In this document: one piece after another, positions 1 through 11,121 of the stretch
Layout: each line of letters begins with the position of its first letter
Numbering within the stretch: position 1 is the first letter of the stretch
From: Microthyrium microscopicum
Taxonomy: Eukaryota
Direction: 5' to 3'
DNA: 20,000 nt
Assembly: GCA_010405405.1 (NCBI GenBank)
Contig: MU004231.1
Span: 2,762,751-2,782,750 of the forward strand
The notes under the pieces: generated by a model
The model's input: the letters and a program-made list of their open reading frames with translations, nothing else
The model's database searches: none
Told to the model about the DNA's origin: nothing
Translations under genes and position numbers: made by a program

Positions 1-187
1 TGAAGGCGGCTGCTTTGGCGGGTGTGTCGAGGGTCGATTTTCCTTCATATTTTGCGAAGAGGGGCTCGTTGAATAGTTTCACTAGGAAGGCGGTGTGGAT
101 TGGGTTGTCGGGGTCGATAAATGTTAGATATGTCCTAGGTGTGGAGAGGAGAAAGGGGGGGATTGGTTTGGAGGCCGGTTCTGTCAT
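1..187 (-). CDS. GNAT-family N-acetyltransferase (RimJ/RimL-like), N-terminal part; runs off the left edge of the window
   Basis: Not in the ORF track. Manual translation from ATG at 187 gives MTEPASKPIPPFLLSTPRTYLTFIDPDNPIHTAFLVKLFNEPLFAKYEGKSTLDTPAKAAAF..., open to position 1. The 'L.TPR.YL...H..FLV.L.N.P' start resembles fungal RimJ/RimL-type GNATs. Family call is by recognition only. Confidence 0.65.
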   Translation of the reverse strand, partial: MTEPASKPIPPFLLSTPRTYLTFIDPDNPIHTAFLVKLFNEPLFAKYEGKSTLDTPAKAAAF

Positions 188-395
188 GGTAGTGATTATC
201 GATGGTAGTGGCGTTGCCGTGTCTAGTTCTTAGGAGCTGGGGAGAATGCGAGTTATATCAACTTTCCAGCTTTATATGGGACGATACTTGTGTGGCCGAG
301 AGTTATACCGAGATTGTGGACGTAGAGCGATTGGGAGGGGGATGGCACCAGGGCTTGATCGTTATTCACAGGATATGTTACCTGAAAGTGACTTA

Positions 396-424
396 GAAAT
401 CCTTCGAAATCCTTCGAAATCCTT
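396..424. repeat. Short tandem repeat (GAAATCCTTC) x ~2.9
   Basis: Reads gaaatccttc gaaatccttc gaaatcctt, between the kelch gene stop and the GNAT start. Confidence 0.85.
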
Positions 425-497
425 TCTTTCGTTGGTCCTTCATGTAGTGCAAATCGTGCACGTTATTATTAGATATGTGGTGTGACGGTACCTTTAC

Positions 498-2738
498 CTA
501 CATGGCTGATCCTGGAGGCAGATCACCAGAAGTCTGGCGACTAGGAGCCTTTTGCACTTTCAGTGGTTGTGGAATGAGATATCCAGTAGTCGGACTGTCT
601 ACTGTTTCAGACAATCGAGTTTCCTCGGAAAGCTCGCCATAGTCCGAAGGGCTCCGTATAGGTGCCATGTCCTTGGACTTTGTATCAGTGTCTTGAGAAT
701 ATGCTTGTGGTTGTGAATAGGGACATGGTGCTTCTTGAAGACCTTGAGGTGACGGGATCTGATAATACCCTTGCAGTGGAGAGATAAGGGGAACTAATGC
801 GGAGGGCGATTGTGGTCCTCCTGGAACCTGATAAGCTGGATGTGTATAAAATTGCACCAGAGTGCCATTGGGTGGTGGGTTCTGATGGTCGAAAAGAATG
901 CGGTTTGGAATGTTCTGCGGCTCTGGTGGACGATTGTCTGGAGAGTCGGACTGATCCGAATTCAGTGACGGATATGCCGCGGACGGCGATTTCTGTTCCA
1001 TTTCCACTGGCGGCTTCCCATCTTGTACCTGAACTAGGTTGTTGATATCAGGTGTAATGCTGGTTGGCAATTCTTGCCTAGAGATATGCCCTGATCTCAA
1101 GAATTTGGATGGCCTCCGGCGACACAGGCAGCAAACCGCCAAAGTTATAAGGGACAGAAAGAGTATTCCGCCTATCACTGATCCGGCAATGACTCCTGAT
1201 CGTCTGGATCCTGTGAGAGCTGCATGATCTGACGTACCAGTTGCTGAGGGTATGACACGAGTTGCTGTCCTGCTTGCAAAATGAGGTATTCGCGAGAAAT
1301 ACGCACCCAAATCTCGATTATCCCAGTTCAGCGGTTTTTGAAGAGTAGCGCCTCCTGAAGGCCTGTTCGTGTTAGCCATTGATCACTTCTTAAGTGAGTG
1401 ATGAACTCACCCGCCCCCAATCTTCGCTATGACTTCTGAAGGGACATGATACTCAGTAAGATTAGGATAATACAAGTCCCATACACTATCGCCAGGGCCG
1501 TTCTTTCCAAGATTGAGATTTCGTGTACCCCAAATATTTGGTAAGTCACAGGACGTTGGATCAGCGTCTGGTAACTGACCGCCGATGACAATCATCTGGA
1601 AGGGTTAGACAGGAACTCCGAAGCATATCGATTTCAATTACCTGTGTACGATTGATGACATTACAACTCATGCTGTGACGCGGATTACTCGGAGAGTTGG
1701 ACCACCATTTTACCCAAGTGAAAGAAGGAAGCGAAAGAATATAGACATCGTCAAAGCCAGCTCCGTTTGGAGGTATGCCTAGCCCGCCATAGAGATATAT
1801 ATTGTACGAGCTGTGATCATTTGCCCAGGTGGCCCCAGCACAGAACCGTCTCCTCATATCTGGTATGTCACCAGAGGCGTTTTGAGAAATCCATTTGGAT
1901 GTGATCAGGTCATAAACCCATATCGTATTCATTGGCGATCCGACCATTGTACCATTTCGGAATTGGTCAATGATCCCACCAAAATGAATCAGCATGCCAT
2001 TGTCAGAGGCGGGAATGAATACCAAAACACCTTCAGCTCGAGCGTTCATGTCGGGTCCGGAAGTATTTGTCATTTTTCCAGTATTGAAGTCAAAGCGAAT
2101 CAATCCTGGAGTCGCCTGCTGGCCAACAAAACCTGGATTTGTGCCGTTGTTGATCCATCCCCCTAGATAATAGCCTTCTCCTCGCTCTTCTGCAACTGCC
2201 GATGCTCCCCAAGACGTTTGACGGATAGACCATGGTGCTTTGGTATGATTCCATCGGTTCAATACCAAATCATATATCGACAGACCATCTGCAGCCGTTA
2301 CAAGGTCTTTACCGGAAGATTCGCCTCCAAATTGATATAGAAATTTGTTAACGCTGTCACCCCATAGCGCTCCACCTGTTACGGACAAGTCGGTCCGGTT
2401 TTTGGTAAGGTTACTGTATAGTTGTGGCATGCCATTCGCAGAGTTCATCGTAGTAAGGTCATTGTATAGAAGATATCGATCTGTTATAGTTAGCATCTGA
2501 GAACAAGAACATCAGGACTCTAACTGGTCATATTTCGGAGAACGCCATTGCTTTGTGGCGAATAATTAACAATACCCCCATTGATGTACAGCTTATGGTC
2601 GACGACCGAAGTTGAATGACCAAATCTTCTGCAAAAGCTGCTCAACGGGTCTCCTTGCCACCCCCGGCCTCGATCGTTTCCATCGCATGATATCAAAGTA
2701 GATAGAACCAAGAATACAAGAGCGGAAAAAAGCATCAT
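498..2738 (-). CDS. Kelch/beta-propeller type I membrane protein ('cell wall anchored protein'-like), ~700 aa, 4 exons: 2525-2738, 1642-2480, 1411-1595, 498-1362
   Basis: Four ORF-track fragments join in frame across three GT-AG introns with CTAAC branch sites (2481-2524, 1596-1641, 1363-1410); total 2103 nt. Signal peptide MMLFSALVFLVLSTLISC. Kelch-like motifs: FCRRFGH..LYINGG, LYQFGG, YYLGG, IHFGG, IYLYGG, DDVYILSLPSFTW. One TM helix (VIAGSVIGGILFLSLITLAVCCLC-RRR) and a Pro/Ser-rich cytoplasmic tail. Confidence 0.9.
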
Positions 2739-3798
2739 GCTCTATACATGACCAGATCACACTGTCGGCGAAGAGAATGCCAGAAAGCTGCGCAGGGTCA
2801 CTCAGAAGAAGTTGGCGTTCGGAAAGTGAGGACATGTCGAAGCCATCTCCAACGTGCAGAACGGGAGGCGCCATACTGCCGGGAAATCATAGGTAGCACA
2901 GTTAAGATAGACAAGGCAGGACCAGAAATTTGTCGGACTTCTGTGCTCTAAACGATTCGGTCTTCGCCGTGCAAGTTACACAAAAGCACCACCATCGGAG
3001 CAGCAATTGGCCTAGATTGCTTCACAGGGTGGTTCGTAACACTCGCTTAGAGAAGTGCCGTGGTAGTGTTCAACCTGTCCGTTCCACTGGAATGTGGTGT
3101 TAAGCGATGTACTTGCGTTATGCTTATAATACTACCAGGACTACCCAACTGGTGAAGAAGTTGAAGGCTTTAGCCGTTGTGCCTTCCATACCAAACAATA
3201 GGATTGTTGAGGCCACGTCTGATGGGGTAAACTTTTCTGATTAGCCTTGTACAAATATCTCTAACCACTTTTTACTGAATACGGATCTTGGCCGCCTTAC
3301 AATTACAACCTGAGTTGACTTGGAGCAAAGAGGCTTAGAGATGAGTGTGATGTTTCCGGTAGTCTTGTGTGAGGACATTAAACTTCGCCCCGTAAGCATC
3401 TTCGTCATCTTGATTCATAAGCACGAAGTGCTCGAGGTTTCAACATGGGATGTAATCTCCAAAGTAGCCAAGTGCCCGTCCCGTGGTAAGAATCCGTACT
3501 TGACACAGCAATTCTGCCATCGAAAGCCGCCCCTGTAGAGCGATGTACCCCTCTTCTCTCAGTTGCCACTAATTGCGCAGTATAACCTGCTGAAGAGACA
3601 ACCTGGATTACAGCTGTTGTGTGCGATGTAGTTCATGAGCAGTTCCTTGCCGAAATTAATAGGGTTGATAGCGTTATGACAAGTTCGATTAGGGGACATC
3701 CCAGTTAGATATATTTTGTCCTTGGGGAACCGAAGAATGAGCCTAACAGCCGGATGTTATAGCCATTGATTGGCTATGATACTGGATGGCAGGTCTAT

Positions 3799-5091
3799 TC
3801 ATGGACTCTGCAACAGTGGGACGGGTAGCAAACAGTCCAACTCATGCGCCAACTCTGCTATAGGTGCTGCTTCTAATTGTGGATCAAGTCGAGATGCGTT
3901 CTGAAGTAACTTTTCCCAACTTTCAATTCGGTGTAGCTCTAGTTCCTGAGAGCTGAGATCCAAGGCCACGTAGCTGGTATTCGATGGGATCCATTGTAAG
4001 TCCACGACAACGCCGTGCTTCACGCCAAGCTTAAATTCACCCTTCATAGGTTAATAAGGTTTTCTTATGGCACGCGGCAGAGAAGCACTTACCATGGCTT
4101 TGGGATTTATTTTCAACCAAAATTGCGGTGTTTGCAAATATCTCCAGCTGTCCGACTTGACAAAGGTTAGTAAACGAGTAAACGTGATACTTGCCGTGTA
4201 TACCTTGAGCTCTCCATAACCCTTCTCCACGCCCTCGATTGAGAGGCAACTGTCATCGACATCAATAACAGGACTATCTGTCGTGCTGACTTCGTGTTGC
4301 TGACGAAACTCTGCTTCTACGATCTGAGAAAACAGTTTCCCATCCATTCCAATATTGGTAACCGGGGACCTCACACTGTCTATGCCCTTCGCTTCAATCC
4401 ATCCTTTCGCTGGAGATCGCAAAAACCAGGATATTTGTCCGAGATTTTTTGAGTCAAGCAGAGCAGTCCCGTGATGAAGCGCACGTTTTCGGGCAATTTT
4501 GAATGCGGAACCAGAAACCTTAAACGGTGTCGCTTCGGATCCAGTATATCTTGTGACGTGTGTGTCGTCTGCGTCCACGAGTTGTGCAGATTTGCCTTGA
4601 TCCAAAACAATATCGTGCCTTTCATTCACGCGAGAACGTTCGATTCCTTGTCGTCGGAGAGCTCGAACAACCATCTCGGCGGAGGTGTCGCGAGTGAAAT
4701 CTTCAATATCGCAGGTCACGCTCCAATTGACATTTCCATGGTCGTGGAATACTGCTCCACCGCCAGATCTTCGACGAACAAAATCAAAGTCCATTCCATG
4801 TGGAAGCTTGCCTTCTCGGTATGCGTGCAGGTTGATCTCAAGCCATGGGTTCTGATTTCTGCCGATGATCACACAAGGTCTGTTGACGTAGAGAAAAAGA
4901 ACTCTTGTGCCTCTCGGCGCATTTTGAAAAATGTAATGTTCAATGGAAAGATTGAGAAATGGGTCATCAGAAAAAGATCTGAAAACAAGTCCAGACAGCT
5001 TTGTCTCACTAATTGATGACAGGGAGGAGCTATAGCGCACCCTCTGGCGCAAGGAGATCGTTTTCACATTCCGAAGTATCGATGGAAACAT
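3799..5091 (-). CDS. Lipoate-protein ligase A / lipoyltransferase (LplA; Aim22/Lip3-like), ~397 aa, 3 exons: 4204-5091, 4093-4155, 3799-4041
   Basis: Motifs DPFLNLSIE, IIGRNQNPW, RRRSGGGAVFHD, KVSGSA, LHHGT, DSVRSPVTN and W.YLQTPQF. Introns 4156-4203 (GTATAC..CTAAC..AAG) and 4042-4092 (GTAAGT..TTAAC..AAG) join the ORF 3799-4047 in frame. The Arg/Ser-rich N-terminus resembles a mitochondrial presequence. Confidence 0.93.
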
Positions 5092-5411
5092 CTCATCCTG
5101 CTTGCCGACCAGTAAAATGTTTGATTAAGAGACGTTGAAAAAAGTCAACGCGATTGACATTGAACTGGAACGGGATGTGCACGGGCTTAACGTGGCTCAT
5201 AAGCGCTAGCCAATCAGATCGAACCCTAGCCTTTTTTTCAGCCTTATTGACAAACGCATCTAACAGCCTCGAGAACCGCAGCCTCGCGATGCACCTTGGT
5301 CTAGAATCGGAGCATAAAGCGGTCAAATACGGTTATGAATCCAAAAGCTTTACATTATATTCAGGATATCTATCATTGGACTCATAGAGGATATCATTAG
5401 ATATCCTCCAA

Positions 5412-5873
5412 TCAAGAGGGAGGAGCTGCTGCTGGTGCTGGCGCAGCTGGAGATGGGGCTGATGCTACTCACGGATCATTAATACTCTTCAGTGACTTAG
5501 GTAATGTGGATGTAGAAGAGGCTCTTACCAGCGTCTGCGCCTGGTGCTTGTCCTTTTCCATGGCGCTTTCCCTTGCCATGCTTTCCTTTGCCGTGCTTCC
5601 GGTGTCTCTTGCCCTTGCCTTTGCCGTGTTTCTTGCCAGTGAAGCCGCCTGGTGGGCCACCAGCAGCTCCAGCGCCTGGAGCGCCGAGACCAGCAGGGAC
5701 AGTGGGGGTATCTTGACGCTTCTCGATGGTTTGGCTTGTCATTTCGTCCCGGGCAACAACGTTACCTACACAGTCGATCAGCCTTCCGATACAGCCTGTC
5801 AAGTTTAACCAGAGAACATACCAGCGATGACAGCTGAGGCCAAGATGGCGAGAAGGAATGATTTAGCAAGCAT
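5412..5873 (-). CDS. Small secreted Gly/Lys/His-rich protein, ~113 aa, 3 exons: 5822-5873, 5529-5765, 5412-5464
   Basis: Spliced translation: MLAKSFLLAILASAVIAGNVVARDEMTSQTIEKR-QDTPTVPAGLGAPGAGAAGGPPGGFTGKKHGKGKGKRHRKHGKGKHGKGKRHGKGQAPGADAASAPSPAAPAPAAAPPS*. Introns 5766-5821 (GTATGT..TAG) and 5465-5528 (GTAAGA..TAG) keep the frame (342 nt). Signal peptide followed by a propeptide ending in KR. Confidence 0.8.
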
Positions 5874-7057
5874 GTTGATGGTTTGAAATGACTGTGATGG
5901 AAATAAAAAAGAGTGACTGCGCTTGAAGGGAAACTTTTAACAGTTGCCGAGTCGTAAGCATACACTTTATACTATTTTTCTGCAAACTATGAACGTAACA
6001 ATTTCTCCCACTAACGATCAACTCCCGCAAAAGCTTTTGACAGCAGTCTGAATCTGCTGATCCCCATCTGGGGATGAAAACCCGTCGCCGGGATCTTTTG
6101 ATATGTTCCATTAACAACATATTAACTACAGATGCCTGCTAATGATGAAGCAAACCCTTTAAGCAGGCTGCCAGCTCAGTGATTGACGGGAGTAAGGTGG
6201 CTGCGTTTCAAAGTTCGTTCCGCCCCCCCTTTAAGCAAGGCATGGACATTCCGAATTCCTGGTATAAATTTAACAGGCCCTTACCAAAGTGCTCATTTCG
6301 TGCAGAAATAGGCCTGAGGACCTGCTTTATTGGAGCAAATGAAAGACTCTAGCCCTACGGGCCTTATGCCAAGTATCTATTTTAACCTATATACCACTCG
6401 AAAAGATAAATAACAGTCTGTGACTGGTGGGTCAACACTGGAAAAACTATATTACAACCGCCTACCTGTCCTCCGATCACCAAAACCCGGCTCTCATCAT
6501 GCACTGCAAACTATTGAGCTTAATAAAACTTTGGCTCGTGGCAGCTCTTGTACTGTTCAGGAAACTTTTCAGTTATATTAAATTCACAACCCTCTAAAGC
6601 GAATCTAAGCCTGTCTTCTAGACCAGAACCACAGGCGTCGGGATATAAAGACATAACAAGCTTTAATGAACGTTAGCTGTCTAATCAAAAATAGATCGCA
6701 CGAGACAATATCTAGTCCGACGAATTCTGGTTCAGCCTATGATATCAACGATACTATAGCTTTAGTATACAGTGTTCAACATCGTATCGTTAAGATGACT
6801 ACTATCAGCAGTAAAACAAGTACCCCAAAGATCTACGCTACAGTGCACATCTCTGTTCATGCTGAAGCTATATACTATTCAATAATATGATTTTGCGACC
6901 TGGGGAACATACTATTCGGAGTTCCCTACAGATAAATCCACCTGTTGAAACCCTGGCCATACACCTTTTGCTAAATCCAAATGCCTCCTGGATATGCTAA
7001 TCTCGGTTCAGATAAAGTGAAACACAAGAGAAAACACTAGATAACGCATAATTTCTG

Positions 7058-8020
7058 TCAAGCTTCTATCAGATCTGGCACCGGAGGTCCGACCCCTCGT
7101 AAAAGAACAATTGTGTTTCCGGTCTGTACAACATCCCCAAGCTTCTCTGAAAAGTCGACAAGTCGCCCACCTTCCACATGGAAGACTCGTAACCTCTCCT
7201 CCTCTCCAACGACCCGATTATTGATATTTTCAACCTGCAGTGCCTTAGCCGCCACATCCAAAACTCGGCCTACACTCCATTCCTTGGAATAGAAAAATTT
7301 GCCAGTGGGGTATTTGGCCTTTGTTGTATCCGCCGAGGCTTCGACATGCAAATATACGCGCTTGTCGACTGGCACTTTGGCATCACCTTTGGCAGCAGTC
7401 TTCAAGGCGTTGGTCGCAGCAAGATTTGAAGCTGCGGACTTTCTGGAGGTTGACTTTGATAGAATAGGAAGGTTGGTAGTGTTGGACATGGCGGCTTTCT
7501 TATTCAGACCCCACGACTTAAGCTTGGTCAGTGCTGCCATACCTTTTTCCTTCTGTGCCGATGAAAAGGTTGGCGGTCTTGCGCCCAGTGGTGTGAGTTT
7601 AGAGCAGCCATGGTCCTCTTTCATTCGGTGTTTTAAACAATATCTCCGGTTACAAGTTTGGCAATGCACTCCGGGTGTAAGTGGAGTATCTACCAATGTC
7701 TTGCAAGTTGTAGCGGCGCATTGCTTTTCATGATTTAAGATGTTGGGCTTTGGACTGCTGCTGGTGGAAGAAACGGTGCTTCGCCCTGTTCTCGCCTTTG
7801 CCCACGCGCCGGCTTTTGAGCATTTGTGGGAAGTCTCTAGTCGATGATCCAGACAGTATGTCCCATGGCAGGAATCGCAGCGGAATGGGAGAAAGTCCAG
7901 CTGGTTGCAGTACTCCATCTGGCAGTGCGCGCCAACCGCTTCAACATCTCCAACGGCCATGGCGGTGTAGCTTGTTCCTTCAGAGTTCTTGTCTGGGAGG
8001 TTGGAAGCGTTGAAGGCCAT
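7058..8020 (-). CDS. AN1-type zinc finger protein (Cuz1/ZFAND1-like): two AN1 fingers plus C-terminal ubiquitin-like domain, ~320 aa
   Basis: VGAHCQMEYCNQLDFLPFRCDSCHGTYCLDHRLETSHKC and CAATTC...HCQTCNRRYCLKHRMKEDHGC. The C-terminus WSVGRVLDVAAKALQVEN...VQTGNTIVLLRG is UBL-like. First ATG is at 8020; the ORF track starts at an upstream non-ATG codon. Confidence 0.92.
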   Translation of the reverse strand: MAFNASNLPDKNSEGTSYTAMAVGDVEAVGAHCQMEYCNQLDFLPFRCDSCHGTYCLDHRLETSHKCSKAGAWAKARTGRSTVSSTSSSPKPNILNHEKQCAATTCKTLVDTPLTPGVHCQTCNRRYCLKHRMKEDHGCSKLTPLGARPPTFSSAQKEKGMAALTKLKSWGLNKKAAMSNTTNLPILSKSTSRKSAASNLAATNALKTAAKGDAKVPVDKRVYLHVEASADTTKAKYPTGKFFYSKEWSVGRVLDVAAKALQVENINNRVVGEEERLRVFHVEGGRLVDFSEKLGDVVQTGNTIVLLRGVGPPVPDLIEA

Positions 8021-8225
8021 GGTAATGCTTTTGCAGCCCTTAAAAGGGCACACACGGTTGACGAACGTTGGCGTTAGGCTGACGAGAGGCGTCACTGTCG
8101 CGAAGGAAGAGTGATAATCAATGTAGAAGATGCTAGCAACGGCTACAACGGTCTAAGCCCGCACTGATCTAGCGCCAAACTTGGCCAAAGAAGGTGCGGG
8201 CCGAAAGCTTAGTCAGGTCTTACAG

Positions 8226-8523
8226 CCAATCAGCGATGGTTTATTGCTTCGACAAGGCTGAATTATCTTGATTGAATGTACATGGAATCTTGCGCTCTTT
8301 AACTATTACTATAGAATAAAATCTTATGTATTGAGTGTATGTGGAGCGTGGTGATCAGAAAATGACCAATCAGAGTCTCCGATAAGCGAAGCACGACCAA
8401 TTGTTCGCTTTCAGCTGTTATTCTACTTATGTTATGAACATCAGCTCCACATCTCTAACAAATGTCGAGACCTAGGCTTTTTCAATCCAAAGTTTAAGCC
8501 GGAGATGTGGGGAAGTAGCCAAT
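8226..8523 (+). promoter_or_regulatory. Cluster of four CCAAT boxes in the divergent promoter between the AN1 gene and the membrane protein gene
   Basis: CCAAT at 8226, 8366, 8397 and 8519, the first two in the extended RCCAATCAG context. Function is not shown by sequence alone. Confidence 0.35.
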
Positions 8524-8743
8524 GGTATCTGAGGAATGCCACATCTAACAATCCGAATCCTCAGGCCACCATGGACTGTCACACAAAGCTGCGGAATGCA
8601 TTGTCATAAAGTTGTTATGCATGTCTCATAGCTCGGGGCCCCATCTCAACCCATCCTCAACCTTCCTCCGAATATCCTCGATGTGACATCGATTTTGTTT
8701 TTACGTTTCTCACCCTCGACCACCTTATCGCTATCAGATCAGG

Positions 8744-9965
8744 ATGGCCGATAACAACCCCTCTAGCTTTGGCATGGGAAATCTGGGTCTTATTACGACT
8801 GTTTATATCGCCGAGATCCTCTTTACGTTTGCTGGAATAGCTCTTTACAACACTCTTGAGCTAATTGTACTGATTCTGGTCACCTTCAAGCGATACAATG
8901 GCATGTACTTTTGGTCATTGCTGCTGGCAACGGCGGGCATCATCCCATACACTCTATCTTTACTCTTCAAGTTCTTTGAGGTGATCAAAATCAACATGTT
9001 GACAATTGCATTTGTTGCTCTTGGCTGGCAAATGATGGTTACGGGACAGTCACTTGTCATGTACTCAAGGCTTCATCTGGTCACGCAAAACCGGAAGTAT
9101 ACTCAATATGTGCTTTATATGATCATTGCCAACTGGTTCATCAGTAATGTTCCAACCACGGTTTTCGTTTTTGGTGCCAGCAGTAACAATCCCGCACCGT
9201 GGTCCAAGATATATGCTGTCTGGGAGCGCCTGCAACTCTGTCTGTATTTTGTCCAGGAGTCCGTTATTTCCGGTCTCTACGTCTGGTCTATCATGGGCAT
9301 GCTATCAGACACCCACAGTCACGAAACCCATATACGTAAAATGGCGTTTTCATCCAGGAGACTTTCAATGGCAGACAAGTCGAAACGGGTACTAAAGCAT
9401 CTCATCTACGTCAACGTCATCATGGTCCTGCTCGACATTTCTTTGCTTATCACCGAATTCATTGGACATTATGAGATACAGGTTCTATATAAGGTTAGTT
9501 GTGGTTTCCAGCTTGGCGTTGCTCTCTCACATACTCTAGGGAGCTTTATACAGTGTAAAATTGAAGATGGAATTTTGGATCCTCAATCAGCTCACGGACA
9601 TTGCCTCCTCAAAATTGAGGCAGTCTCAAATGGAGTCTGGATTTTCGGGCGAAGTGTTCTCGCCAGTGGGGACAGTCCAGCCGCATAGCCCCTTAGCAAG
9701 CCCGTTTGCAAGCCGAATGTCAAAACCAGAAACCGAGGGTAGCGATTATATCACTTTTAAGAGCCCGTGGATGAATGCTGAGGGAGGCCACCGCAATACG
9801 CTAGTTCCTGAAGACTCCCATGGCCAGTCACATACCAGCTTGAAGACGGAAATGCTCTCTCTAGATCCTCTGGCTCCCAATGGCGTCGATATAGGTATGA
9901 TCGCACATGAAAGGGAACAGTCTTCGCAATCTGGCAAGCAAAAGCTCTCTTTGGATCCAACCTGA
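8744..9965 (+). CDS. Uncharacterised fungal multi-pass integral membrane protein, ~391 aa, 2 exons: 8744-9493, 9540-9965
   Basis: Six to seven hydrophobic segments. Motifs TFKRYNGMYFWSL, MVTGQSLVMYSRLHLV and QESVISGLY. After intron 9494-9539 (GTTAGT..TAG) comes GALYSVKLKMEFWILNQL, typical of a common ascomycete membrane family. Polar C-terminal tail. Confidence 0.88.
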
Positions 9966-9972
9966 TAATCTA

Positions 9973-10548
9973 TTAAATCTTGGGTAGCGACGTCAGAACA
10001 AAGATTGCACGACACTCTGCTAGAGTATCTCCTTTGCTATTCTCCAATCGCGCATTCAGGAACTTTTTCCGGGCTTCTTGCTTGACTGGTAATACCACCA
10101 CACAAACGGTCTGAGGAGTCAAGACCGGACGGCGATAAATGGTCGTCAGCTCGACTGTCATGGCAGCGCCCTTGCTTGGAGCCTCGACCTTCTCTTTTGC
10201 CAGCTTAATCTGTCGTGCCACGAATTGGGAACCGGCGACGCCCATGACTTCATCAAACAGCAAAGCTATTAAACCGCCATGACAGACGGCCGGATAGCCG
10301 TTGAGACCAGGCTCCAAGGTGACTAGACAGCGGACCTCCTCGATCAACTTGTTTGGTGCGGGCTTCTTTATGAAGGACAGACATCTAGAGATGGTTTCAT
10401 GCGTGTTGAGAATTCTGCCAAACAACTCGTCCTCCGTTGATGGCTTTGGAGTCCTGGATCCTGTGGGAATGACTTGCCATTCTGGGTCGCCGATCCATTT
10501 GTTGCACCACGATAGGGACCGGAAGTACTCGAGATCAGGTTCCGGCAT
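9973..10548 (-). CDS. Hotdog-fold thioesterase (PaaI/THEM4-like), 191 aa
   Basis: GLNGYPAVCHGGLIALLFDEVMG motif, then MTVELTTIYRRPVLTP and a C-terminal beta-strand pattern. Intronless. Confidence 0.9.
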   Translation of the reverse strand: MPEPDLEYFRSLSWCNKWIGDPEWQVIPTGSRTPKPSTEDELFGRILNTHETISRCLSFIKKPAPNKLIEEVRCLVTLEPGLNGYPAVCHGGLIALLFDEVMGVAGSQFVARQIKLAKEKVEAPSKGAAMTVELTTIYRRPVLTPQTVCVVVLPVKQEARKKFLNARLENSKGDTLAECRAIFVLTSLPKI

Positions 10549-11121
10549 GACTGAAAGCCTGAAATTGATGTCCAGGTAGGAATGAAGTAAACTTTAACAC
10601 GAGACTTAATTGGAAAATCTTCCCTCCAAGTTTCCCTTGAGATACCGATGGTAGTCTTTGAAGTGTAAGCGGTACAAGAAAATCCACCCGTACCTAGAGT
10701 CGATCTTACCTCGGCATAACAGGTACTCTTGGCTCAGATAAGAGTACTTTCCATCTAATCTGATCGAAGAAGATGCGACTCCAAAACGCGTTCCCTCAAA
10801 TATCTTTTCTCTCTCTGATGCAACGACCGCACTTACAAATGGCTCCTTTGAAGTAACCTTCATCATAATAAACTCTTGCACAATCACATATCCTCCATCA
10901 AGCGATTTCGACGATCCGGGTCGCGCTTGCGCAGGTACCACTCGCTGATATGGCTCTTAGTTTTGGCATGCCGAACTCCTCATGTCACTCTGCTCACGCC
11001 AACGATTATGTGTCAAGAGAGTCCAGGATCTATCATGAGTTTAGTTCGATGCGTACAACTTCTTTGACCGTTTTCTGGCATTCCATGAGAAGGTTCTTAT
11101 TTATGTTATTTACGTGTTTAC

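Noticed and set aside
396..424. GAA/TTC repeat as a heat-shock element
   Set aside because: Spacing does not fit nGAAnnTTCn; it is a simple 10-bp tandem duplication.
4471..5016. Long antisense ORFs (also 1813-2166, 5506-5808, 7299-7733, 10301-10579, 11363-11806)
   Set aside because: They are shadows of well-supported genes on the opposite strand and show no recognisable motifs.
9973..9984. Thioesterase C-terminal PKI as a peroxisomal PTS1 signal
   Set aside because: Two deviations from SKL; too weak to call without orthologue comparison.
10606..10941. 111-aa minus-strand ORF between the thioesterase and the oxidoreductase
   Set aside because: No ATG at the listed start, no motif and no supporting splice structure; probably UTR or promoter sequence.
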